Below are positions 33,567 to 41,207 of a stretch of DNA of 64,000 nucleotides, piece by piece. Source of the DNA: Planctomycetota bacterium (GTDB lineage: Bacteria > Planctomycetota > UBA1135 > GCA-002686595); NCBI GenBank assembly GCA_031400875.1, contig JANNQS010000120.1:8569-72568 (forward strand), in the 5' to 3' direction. Within the stretch, counting starts at the first letter, position 1. Every line of letters starts with the position of its first letter. The position numbers were made by a program, and so were the translations under genes. The notes under the pieces were generated by a model. The model did no database searches. It had not been told where the DNA came from and was given only the letters and a program-made list of their open reading frames with translations.

Positions 33567-35363
33567 TCAGTGCGGCAGCGCGACCAGCTCGAGCAACGGC
33601 CCCGGCCGGTTCACGCTCCACAAGCCCGTGAGCGGGAAGTCCATCTCGGTCGGCAGGAACACCTCGCTCGCGGGCCGGGTCGCGCTCGACGACGGGTCCA
33701 CCTTCCAAGCCAACGGACCGAACGCCGCGCGCTCCGCCAGTAGGCTCGGCCGACCGTCGGATGGCCGCCGGTCGACGAGCAGCACGTGCGTCGTGCCCAG
33801 CGTGCGCAGGAGCACGAGCGGCGCATCACCGGACTCCGTCGCCAGGCACGGGCGCACGTGCAGAGCGCCATCGCGTTCCTCGAGGAGGTCCTCCACGCGC
33901 AACGCGTCGACTCCGCCCTTCTCGCGGCCCGCGTCGAGCGCCAGCTTCCGGTGCTGCTCGCGCGGGCGCAGCGTGTCCTGGCAGGTCGCGCGCACGCGCT
34001 CGAGCAGCACGAGCGCATCGCGATCGAGCTCGACGAACGGCCCATAGCGGTCGATGGCGACGCGCTGGTCAGGCGCGAGCGACGCCAGCCGCTCCTCGGC
34101 CAGCGCGCGCGTGTCGGCCCGCACGAGCAGCCAGTCGAAGCGCAGCGCCTGCACGAGCGGCACAGCCAGGAGGGCGGGCACCGCGATGCGCCCCCAGCGC
34201 GCGGCCAGCCAGCGTTCGGCCACGAGACCGGCCGGCAAGGCCAGGAGCACGGCGACCGGCAGCAGGTAGCGCGCGTGATCGCTCGGGTAGAGAAGGAAGA
34301 AGATCCCCCACACGACTGTGAAGACGGCGACCGCTCGCAAGCGCGGATCGCGCAACGCGAACCACAGGCCGGCGAGCCCCATCACGAGCAGGACGGGGTC
34401 GTAGCCGACGAAGACGCTCGACAGGCGCGGCAGCGATTCCCAGCGCAAGCCGAAGTTCGCGCTCATGCCGCCCACGCTCACGTCGGCGGCGCCGGCCCCC
34501 ACGACCGCGACCTCTGGCGTGCGACCGTGCACGAGCAGATACGGATGTCCCAGGAGAACGCCTGCGGCGCTGAACCCCGCGACGGCCAGCACGCCGCCGA
34601 CGAGACGGTTGCGCAGGCTCGCGCCCGTCCACGACGCCGGTACAAGGAGCCAGGCCAGGAACGGGATCGCGATCGCGCCCAGCCCCGACTGGTGGCAGGC
34701 GAACGCGAGCCCCGCGCAGATGCCCGACAGCGCGAGGTGCAGCTTGCGCCCGCTTTGCGTGTACACGATCGCGGCCCAGGCCGAGAGCGTCACGAAAAAG
34801 ACCAGCGGCACCCACGGTCGCTCGTGCGTCGAGAACTGCACGTGCAGGAGCCCGGTGGCGACGAGCCAGCTCGCGACCCACGCGCCGGCGCGCATCCCCG
34901 CCGCCCGCGCGGCGTGGTACACGGCCCACACGGTCAGGGCGCCGAACACCGCGACGAGGAAACGCGCGACCCACGCGGCGCGCTGCGGATGCTCGAGCAG
35001 GTGCGCGCCGTACTCCTGCGAATTCCCCCACTCACCGCGCCATTTGCCCGTCACGTACTGGACGCCGTACAGCGGCACGAGCAGGTACGGGACCAGGTTC
35101 GGGTACGTCGAGTACTTGCCGACCGGCGGCACGAGGTCCTTGTCGCGCGCCATGCCCAGCGCCTGGCGCACCATGTGCGCGTCGGGGACGTAACCGCGCT
35201 CGCCGCCGTGCTTCAGCGGCAGGAGCCGCAGCGTGAGCGGCAGGACGAACAGCAGCAGGAGCGCGGCGAACCGCAGGCTGCGCGAGGGCGCGCCGCGCGC
35301 GGCTCCGCGCGGCGCCAACAGGGTTGGAGAGGCCGCAAGATCGGTTTCTTCTCGGCCTCTCAT
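33567..35363 (-). CDS. Multi-pass membrane protein, GT-C-type glycosyltransferase-like (ArnT/PMT, GT39/GT83-like)
   Basis: ATG 35363 lies 15 nt after the rho stop. The N-terminal half has more than 10 hydrophobic segments, plus an early-loop HGGERGYVPDAHMV. A soluble C-terminal domain follows. The family call is tentative. ORF 33567..35909 upstream of 35363 overlaps rho. Confidence 0.65.
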   Translation of the reverse strand: MRGREETDLAASPTLLAPRGAARGAPSRSLRFAALLLLFVLPLTLRLLPLKHGGERGYVPDAHMVRQALGMARDKDLVPPVGKYSTYPNLVPYLLVPLYGVQYVTGKWRGEWGNSQEYGAHLLEHPQRAAWVARFLVAVFGALTVWAVYHAARAAGMRAGAWVASWLVATGLLHVQFSTHERPWVPLVFFVTLSAWAAIVYTQSGRKLHLALSGICAGLAFACHQSGLGAIAIPFLAWLLVPASWTGASLRNRLVGGVLAVAGFSAAGVLLGHPYLLVHGRTPEVAVVGAGAADVSVGGMSANFGLRWESLPRLSSVFVGYDPVLLVMGLAGLWFALRDPRLRAVAVFTVVWGIFFLLYPSDHARYLLPVAVLLALPAGLVAERWLAARWGRIAVPALLAVPLVQALRFDWLLVRADTRALAEERLASLAPDQRVAIDRYGPFVELDRDALVLLERVRATCQDTLRPREQHRKLALDAGREKGGVDALRVEDLLEERDGALHVRPCLATESGDAPLVLLRTLGTTHVLLVDRRPSDGRPSLLAERAAFGPLAWKVDPSSSATRPASEVFLPTEMDFPLTGLWSVNRPGPLLELVALPH

Positions 35364-35377
35364 GCGGCTGCGGTCGC

Positions 35378-37198
35378 TCACGCCTCCGGGTCGATCTCGA
35401 AGCGCTTCAGGAACTCGTCCGTCGCGCTGACCTCGTCGAGCTTCGTGATCAGGAGCTCCATCGATTCGTAGGGGTTCATGCGCGCCAGCACGCGCCGCAG
35501 GATGTGCACGCTCTTGAGCTTCTTCGACGAGAGGATCTTCTCCTCCTTGCGCGTGCCCGACTTCTCGATGTCGATCGCCGGGAAGATGCGCCGGTCGGAG
35601 AGGCGCCGGCTGAGCACGAGCTCCATGTTCCCGGTGCCCTTGAACTCCTCGAAGATCAGCTGGTCCATCCGGCTGCCCGTGTCGATCAGCGCAGTGCCCA
35701 GGATCGTCAGCGACCCGGCGTTCTCCGTGTTGCGCGCGCTGCCGAAGATCTGACGCGGGCGTTCCATCGCACGGCTGTCGAGTCCGCCCGACATCGTGCG
35801 ACCGCTCCCGCCCGCCAGGTTGTTGTAGGCACGCGACAGGCGCGTGATCGAATCCAACAACAGCACGACGTCCTGGCCCAGCTCGACCAGGCGCATGCAG
35901 CGCGTCCAAACGGCCTCAGCCAGGGCAACGTGCGTCTTGGGCGATTCGTCGGCCGTGCTGGCGAACACCTTGCCGCCCGTCGAGCGCTTCCAGTCGGTCG
36001 CCTCCTCGGGCCGCTCGTCGACGAGCAGCACGAACAGGTGCACGTCGGGGTAGCCCTGCTCGATCCCCTTCGCGAACTGCTTGAGCAGCGTCGTCTTGCC
36101 CGTGCGCGGCGGCGCGACGATCAGACCACGCTGGCCGCGCCCGATCGGACACAGGAGGTCGACGATGCGCATCGAGACCTCGTCGGTCACGTCGCCCGTC
36201 TGGTAGTGGAAGTCGGGGTCGATCGTCGTCAGCGTCTTGAACGCCGGCAGGTTGCGGACCTCGTTCGGGTTCTTGCCGTCGACGGTCGTGACGTCGACCA
36301 GCGCGTACTTGTGCTTCTGGCCGCGCGTCACGCGGCCGGCGACGAGCGAGCCCTCGCGCAGCTTGTGCTGCTGGATCAGGCGCATCGGCACGAAGACGTC
36401 GGTGCGCGCCGGCAGCCAGTTCGTGTCGGCCTGGCGCAGCGTGCCGAAGCCGCCGTGCTCGAGCAGCAGGACGCCCGAGACCTCGGCCGGCATCGGCTCG
36501 CGCGGCTCGGGAGCCGGACGGTCGGGCCGGTCCTCGCGCCACGGACGATCGCCGCGGCCGCGCCGGCCCCGCGCTTCGCCCTGGGGTTGCTGGCTCGGCG
36601 CACCGGGACCGCCCGGCCCGCGGCGCGGATGCCGATCCTGTCTCTGCGCGGGACGCAGGTCGGCGCGCGGCTCGCCGGCCGCCTCCTCCATCTCGCCCTC
36701 GAGACCGTCGTCGAACTCGACCTCGACGGCGCCGCCGTCGGGCTCGAATTCGAACGTGGCCTGCCCCGGTGATTCGGCCACGAAGCCTTCGGCGCCGGGA
36801 GGCGCGTCGGCGACCGCGGCAGCCGCGGCGGCCGGATCCGCGACGACCTCGCCTGGCTGCAGCTCGCGCTTACCGCGCCGGCGCCGACCGCCGCGCCGAC
36901 CCTGACCACGACGTCGATCGGGTCGGCGCCAGTCGACGCCACCCTCGCCCGCGGGGCCTGACTGTTCACGCGGCGGACCACCCGACGGTGCGGGCTCGCC
37001 GGCGCCGGGGCGCGGGGCGCGGGTCTCGCGCGCAGGCGCACCGGCCTCGCGCTGCGGCGCAGTGGCCTCGCGCTGCGGCGCAGTGGCCTCACGCGGCGGG
37101 GAGCCGGACTGCTTGGAACGGGACGGGCGAACCGGAGTGTCTTCAGGAGCCAAAAGAAACCTCATCACTGTGCGGATCCGCGGGTCGGGCCTCGGCAC
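35378..37198 (-). CDS. rho: Transcription termination factor Rho with ~250-aa Arg/Gly/Pro/Glu-rich N-terminal extension
   Basis: RNA-binding CSD-like GFGTLRQ...VFVPMRLIQQHKLREGSLVAG. Walker A CPIGRGQRGLIVAPPRTGKTTLL. C-terminal KGTGNMELVLSRRLSDRRIFPAIDI. The start is uncertain (GTG 37198 or ATG 37165). Confidence 0.95.
   Translation of the reverse strand: MPRPDPRIRTVMRFLLAPEDTPVRPSRSKQSGSPPREATAPQREATAPQREAGAPARETRAPRPGAGEPAPSGGPPREQSGPAGEGGVDWRRPDRRRGQGRRGGRRRRGKRELQPGEVVADPAAAAAAVADAPPGAEGFVAESPGQATFEFEPDGGAVEVEFDDGLEGEMEEAAGEPRADLRPAQRQDRHPRRGPGGPGAPSQQPQGEARGRRGRGDRPWREDRPDRPAPEPREPMPAEVSGVLLLEHGGFGTLRQADTNWLPARTDVFVPMRLIQQHKLREGSLVAGRVTRGQKHKYALVDVTTVDGKNPNEVRNLPAFKTLTTIDPDFHYQTGDVTDEVSMRIVDLLCPIGRGQRGLIVAPPRTGKTTLLKQFAKGIEQGYPDVHLFVLLVDERPEEATDWKRSTGGKVFASTADESPKTHVALAEAVWTRCMRLVELGQDVVLLLDSITRLSRAYNNLAGGSGRTMSGGLDSRAMERPRQIFGSARNTENAGSLTILGTALIDTGSRMDQLIFEEFKGTGNMELVLSRRLSDRRIFPAIDIEKSGTRKEEKILSSKKLKSVHILRRVLARMNPYESMELLITKLDEVSATDEFLKRFEIDPEA
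37044..37095. repeat. 21-bp tandem repeat (about 2.5 copies) inside the rho 5' region
   Basis: gcctcgcgctgcggcgcagtg occurs twice, followed by a partial copy. It encodes REATAPQ-REATAPQ-REAGAP. Confidence 0.85.
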
Positions 37199-37813
37199 CG
37201 CCGAGACCGCGCCGCGACGACCCCGCTGCGGCGCCGAGCGAACGCCAGGTCAAGGTGCCCGTCCGCCGGCTGCGAGCAGCCGCCGCGCGCGCGGTTCCAG
37301 GGGAGCGGAGAACCGCGCCCCGGGCCTCGTGCCCGCGGGCTCCGTCCGAGCCGCGGATCCCCCTCGAGGGAGGTCAGCGGTCGTGCGGAGCGTCGGTCGA
37401 ACGGGGTCCTTCAGACCCCTTTCCAGCTCCTCGCGGGAGCCGGGGCGCCGCGGTGGGGAGTGCGATCGCCCGAGGGTATCGGGCTCCACGGGCTCCTCCG
37501 TGACCTGGCGGCTCGGGCGCGCCGTGCGGTCACCCAGGCCTGAGGGGCCGGGACCGTCGGGCATCCACCCGCGGGCGGCCTCGCCGCCCGCAACACCTTC
37601 TAGAATGACGCCCCCTGGCGAGGGAAGCGACAGGAAATCCGATTTCTGCGGGCCTCCCGGTCGGGGGGGCCGGCCGCCCGCTCGCCCGGCGGCCTCCACC
37701 AGGATCGGTTCCGGCGCGCCGCAGGTTGAGGTCCGCCTGAGCGAAACGGGGCCGTCACGGACGCCGTCCCCCGGGCGCAGCCGAGCCCGGCGTGCCCCTT
37801 TCCCGGATGCGCG

Positions 37814-38332
37814 CTACCGACCCCACATCCCTTGCGCCGCGAACGCTTGCAAGCGCTCGACCTGCGCTGCGGTGAGGAACGACCGGCTCTTCACCAGCGT
37901 GCGTTCGGCGATGCCGGCAAACAGCGCTCCCTGGTCGGCCGGCAGCCCGCGCCCCTCGGCGTGGATGCGCTCGAACGCAGACGCGACCTCGCCCTCGATC
38001 ACGGCGATCAGGCGCGCGGTCTGCTGGGCGTCCAGGCCGATCGCCTGCGCGGCCTCGTTGCCGTGGCGCTGGGCCAGCACGCGCGCCTCGGCGTGCGACA
38101 GCGCGACGGTCTCGCCCGAACGCATCCACGGCTCGCCGCGCCGGTAGCTGGCCACCGCCGCGAGCTCTTCATCGGGCTCGAGGCGACGCACGTCGCCATC
38201 CAGCACGACGCGCGCTTGCGGCAGGATCGCGTCGGCGCGCGCGTGGGACTCGAGCTCGAGCAGGAAGCGCCGGCCGGTCCAGTCGACGCGGCTGTCCGCG
38301 ACCCCCGGCACGTCGTCGAGCAGCGCCAGCAC
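37814..38332 (-). CDS. Hypothetical protein; possibly the C-terminal part of a UGA-interrupted lipoprotein (see findings)
   Basis: A 172-codon ORF with high GC3. The GTG start has no SD-like sequence upstream. It begins mid-way through an HMA-like pattern (LALLDDVPGVADSRVDWTGRRFLLELES). The C-terminal helical region has LTAAQVERL-type motifs. Confidence 0.65.
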   Translation of the reverse strand: MLALLDDVPGVADSRVDWTGRRFLLELESHARADAILPQARVVLDGDVRRLEPDEELAAVASYRRGEPWMRSGETVALSHAEARVLAQRHGNEAAQAIGLDAQQTARLIAVIEGEVASAFERIHAEGRGLPADQGALFAGIAERTLVKSRSFLTAAQVERLQAFAAQGMWGR

Positions 38333-38377
38333 GGGCGCCAGGCGCGAGCCTCAACCGAGGCCGCGCGCCGCGCCTCA
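38321..38377 (-). promoter_or_regulatory. Two candidate bacterial SECIS hairpins following in-frame UGA codons at 38377..38375 and 38353..38351
   Basis: The mRNA reads UGAGGCGCGGCGCGCGGCCUCGGUUGAGGCUCGCGCCUGGCGCCCGUGCUGGCGCUG. Hairpin 1 is GGCCUC-GGUU-GAGGCU, with the loop at +22..+25 from the U of UGA. Hairpin 2 is GGCGCC-CGUGCU-GGCGCU, with the loop at +21..+26. Confidence 0.35.
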
Positions 38378-38530
38378 AGTGAACTTCTGCGATTCGAGGA
38401 CGAGGAAGTCGGTGCTCGAACTCGGCGCGCTCGTGCAGGCGCTCAGCACGAGGAGCACGAAAGCCGCCACGCCGCGCACGAGTCGCGGCGCGCGCGGCAT
38501 CGGGCTCCGGATCGATGGGACGGATCGCAT
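38375..38530 (-). CDS. Short ORF encoding a lipoprotein signal peptide, ending at UGA 20 residues after the lipobox Cys
   Basis: It is not in the ORF track (51 codons). The product is MRSVPSIRSPMPRAPRLVRGVAAFVLLVLSACTSAPSSSTDFLVLESQKFT*. The lipobox is LSAC. GC3 is about 43/50. AGGA lies 8 nt upstream of ATG 38530. Confidence 0.5.
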   Translation of the reverse strand: MRSVPSIRSPMPRAPRLVRGVAAFVLLVLSACTSAPSSSTDFLVLESQKFT

Positions 38531-38755
38531 CGCGATCATCCTACGCGCTGGAGCGTTCGCACGGGGCCCTCAGCACTCGCGACGCGTGAACCGGTCGTCT
38601 CGTCGACGACGCAGCCGGACTCCCAGGCGACCCCGACCGCGACGGCACGGGGTAGCACGTCCGCCGGCGAAAGAGGGCCGACGGAGGCAAGCTTGACGTG
38701 CACCTCGCCGCGCGATCCCATCTGCGCTCCCGAGGGGAGTGATCGAGGAACAACG

Positions 38756-39202
38756 ATGACACATCGCACAGAGGATCGCTTCGCCGTCGAGTTCTCCCTG
38801 CTCGTCGTGCGCGTGATCGTCGGGAGCATCTTCTTCTACCACGGGGCGGGGAAGATGTTCGGGATGTTCGGAGGCCAGGGGCTCACGGCCACGGTCGAGA
38901 TGATGGGCCCGATCGGCTACCTCGTCGCGATCGGCGAGTGCTTCGGCGGACTGGGCCTGATCGTCGGCTTCCTGTCGCGGTTCTCGGCCGCGTCGCTGAT
39001 CGTGATCATGATCGGCGCGATCGTGCAGGTTCACGGCGCGAACGGCTTCGCGCTGGCCAACAAGGGCTACGAGTACAACCTGGCGCTGATCGGCCTGCTC
39101 GTGCCGATCCTGCTCGCGGGGCCGGGCGCCTTCGCGATCGGACGCTTCCTGCCGCTGCCGAAATCGGGCGGGAGCAGCCGGCCGAAGGCGATCCTGGAGT
39201 AG
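38756..39202 (+). CDS. DoxX family membrane protein
   Basis: ATG 38756 follows GAGGAA. LLVVRVIVGSIFFYHGAGKMFG is typical of the DoxX N-terminus. There are 4 hydrophobic segments in 148 aa. Confidence 0.85.
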   Translation: MTHRTEDRFAVEFSLLVVRVIVGSIFFYHGAGKMFGMFGGQGLTATVEMMGPIGYLVAIGECFGGLGLIVGFLSRFSAASLIVIMIGAIVQVHGANGFALANKGYEYNLALIGLLVPILLAGPGAFAIGRFLPLPKSGGSSRPKAILE

Positions 39203-39317
39203 CCGCGATCCTCCGGTCGGCCTGCTACGGCGCGTAGAGTCGAGCCCGGGCCGGAGAAGCAGCTGGATCCCACATGGTATTCTCGACTTCGGCCCACCAG
39301 GCCGAGGCGCAAGTCAC

Positions 39318-39527
39318 ATGAAGCTCCCCATCCTTCTCGAGACCGATGAGACCGGCATGATCGTGGCCGAGTGCCCGGCCATTCCCGGTTGCATCAGCCA
39401 GGGACGCACCGAAGCCGAGGCGTTGGCCAACATCCGCGAGGCTGTGATCGGCTGCCTCGAGGTACGCGCCAAGCAGGGCTTGCCGCTGACCGTCCGGACG
39501 ACCGAAATCGACATCCAGGTTGCCTGA
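39318..39527 (+). CDS. hicB: Type II toxin-antitoxin system HicB family antitoxin (UPF0150-only, no DNA-binding domain)
   Basis: LETDETGMIVAECPAIPGCISQGRTEAEALANIREAV is typical of the HicB/UPF0150 fold. The length is 69 aa. Confidence 0.85.
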   Translation: MKLPILLETDETGMIVAECPAIPGCISQGRTEAEALANIREAVIGCLEVRAKQGLPLTVRTTEIDIQVA

Positions 39528-39744
39528 ACTCCCCGTCATCTCCGGTCGAGAGGCACGGAGGGCTTTCGAGCGCTGCGGGTGGGTCTTCCAAAGGCAGGCG
39601 GGCAGCCACATGATCCTGACCAAGCCCGGCAGCCTGGTCTCGCTCTCGATTCCGGACCATCGCGAGCTTGCTCCTGGAACGCTGCGCAAGCTGATCCGGT
39701 CGAGCGGAATGTCCGTGGCGGAGTTCGTCGAAGCGCTCCGTTGA
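39520..39744 (+). CDS. hicA: Type II toxin-antitoxin system HicA family mRNA interferase toxin
   Basis: LPVISGREARRAFERCGWVFQRQAGSHMIL...PGTLRKLIRSSGMSVAEF is the HicA/YcfA pattern with the catalytic His. The TTG start overlaps hicB by 8 nt. Confidence 0.85.
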   Translation: MPELPVISGREARRAFERCGWVFQRQAGSHMILTKPGSLVSLSIPDHRELAPGTLRKLIRSSGMSVAEFVEALR

Positions 39745-39762
39745 GCCCGCTCGGGCCGCGGC

Positions 39763-40857
39763 TCACACCACCGCGGCCTTCACGACGTGGATCGGCGGCA
39801 GCGAGTCGAACAGGCACTCCCACTCCTCGCCGCCGTCGCGCCCCATCCACAGTTGGCCCGTCGTGGTCCCGAAGTAGAGCGCGGGCGACTTGAGCTCGTC
39901 GATGTCCATCGCGTCGCGCTGCACCGTGAAGAAGCTCTCCTTCTTGGGCAGCCCGCTGGCGAGCTTGGTCCACGCGCCGCCGCCGTTCTCGCTGCGCCAG
40001 ACCGCCGGCGCGCCGCCCGGGCACGTGCGCGTCATGCCTTCGTGCGGCATGACGTAGACCGTGTCGGCGTCGTGCGGGTGCACGACGATCGGGAAGCCGA
40101 AGTCGGACGGCAGGCCCTTGGCGATCGAGCGCCACGAGTGGCCGTGGTCGTCGCTGCGCAGCACGCCGATGCCCGGGCGATCCTCCCAGCCGCCGTGGTT
40201 CTGCATGTAGAACCGTCCGGGCGCGTCCTTGTGGCCGGCGATCTTGTGCACGCACTGGCCGAACTCGGGGTACGGATCGGGCACGAAGCCGGCGCCGACG
40301 CCGGCGTTCGACGCCTTGAAGCTCTTGCCGCCGTCCTCGCTCAAGTAGTGGCCGCCGGTCGAGATGCCGACGTGCAGGCGCCTGCCGTCCGGCACGATCG
40401 TGTGCATGCACAGCCCGCCGTTCCCGGGGTGCCACTTGCGCGCGTGCGGGTGGTTGCTGATGCCCGGGACCATCTCCCAGGAGTCGCCGCCGTCGTGGCT
40501 CTTGAAGAGCGATGCCGGCTCGACGCCGCACCACAGGTCCTTCTTGTCGCTGCCGGGCACGAGCGACCAGATGTTGGCGAGCGCGCGCCCGTCGTCCTTG
40601 GGGAAAGCGGGGGCCGACTTCGTCTCCTTGAACGACTTGCCCAAGTCGGTCGAGCGCAACACTTTCATGCCGAAGAAAGCGTTGCAGCTCGAGGCGTAGA
40701 TCTTCGGCGTGCTGCCACGCTGGTCGACCAGGGTCGAGTAGACGGCCACGCCCGATCCGAACGGGCCGCGCAGCGCGAACTTCTTGCGCGTGCGCGGCGC
40801 CTCGGCGACGAACAGGCCCTTCTTGGTGCCGATGCTGAGAATGACGCGTTCGGGCAT
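39763..40857 (-). CDS. BNR/Asp-box repeat beta-propeller protein (sialidase/sortilin-like fold; no signal peptide seen)
   Basis: ATG 40857. Asp-box motifs SHDGGDSW, SEDGGKSF, SDDHGHSW, SENGGGAW and GRDGGEEW are present. Confidence 0.8.
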   Translation of the reverse strand: MPERVILSIGTKKGLFVAEAPRTRKKFALRGPFGSGVAVYSTLVDQRGSTPKIYASSCNAFFGMKVLRSTDLGKSFKETKSAPAFPKDDGRALANIWSLVPGSDKKDLWCGVEPASLFKSHDGGDSWEMVPGISNHPHARKWHPGNGGLCMHTIVPDGRRLHVGISTGGHYLSEDGGKSFKASNAGVGAGFVPDPYPEFGQCVHKIAGHKDAPGRFYMQNHGGWEDRPGIGVLRSDDHGHSWRSIAKGLPSDFGFPIVVHPHDADTVYVMPHEGMTRTCPGGAPAVWRSENGGGAWTKLASGLPKKESFFTVQRDAMDIDELKSPALYFGTTTGQLWMGRDGGEEWECLFDSLPPIHVVKAAVV

Positions 40858-40859
40858 GT

Positions 40860-41144
40860 TCAACCTCCTGAGACTGAGGGCAGGATCGTGACGACGTCCC
40901 CGGGCACCAGCTCCGTGTCGAGCCCGTCCTGGTCGCGCATGCGAGCCGCGTTGACGAACAGGTTCACGTGGCGACGCACGGCTCCGGTCTCGTCGCAGAT
41001 GCTCTTGTGCAACGCCGGGTGGCGCCGCTCGAGCTCCGCGAGGACGCCGTGCAGGTCCGCCGCGGGAAGCGTGAGCTCCAGGCCCCCGCACGTGTCGCGC
41101 AGGGACGGTGAGACGCGGATCGTGATGGTCGTGGGCCGGGCCAT
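40860..41144 (-). CDS. MoaD/ThiS family ubiquitin-like protein with C-terminal Gly-Gly
   Basis: The 94-aa product ends LVPGDVVTILPSVSGG*. Its stop lies 2 nt from the ATG of the downstream BNR gene. Confidence 0.8.
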   Translation of the reverse strand: MARPTTITIRVSPSLRDTCGGLELTLPAADLHGVLAELERRHPALHKSICDETGAVRRHVNLFVNAARMRDQDGLDTELVPGDVVTILPSVSGG

Positions 41145-41207
41145 GAGGACCGAGGGGGGAAGGTCGCGCAGCCTAGCCGCGCGCACGGGTTCCGTGCCAG
41201 GGAGCGA

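Noticed and set aside
37369-37701. tmRNA-like signal on the plus strand. ..GGCCUCCACCA at 37691-37701 could pair with GGAGGUC at 37369-37375, giving a 333-nt molecule of tmRNA size.
   Set aside because: No T-arm (GUUCGAAUC-type loop) precedes the 3' end. Acceptor position 3:70 would be A:U rather than the G:U required for alanylation. No 5' UUCGAC-like motif is present, and there is no tag reading frame ending in ..LAA-stop. This is probably a chance CCA-ending match in GC-rich DNA.
38536-38721. 61-codon minus-strand ORF (MGSRGEVHVKLASVGPLSPADVLPRAV..) ending 5 nt before the lipoprotein ATG, with GGGAG upstream.
   Set aside because: Accepting it leaves only ~34 bp for both divergent promoters (this ORF and DoxX). 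Its GC3 is only intermediate and its composition is low-complexity. It remains a remote possibility only.
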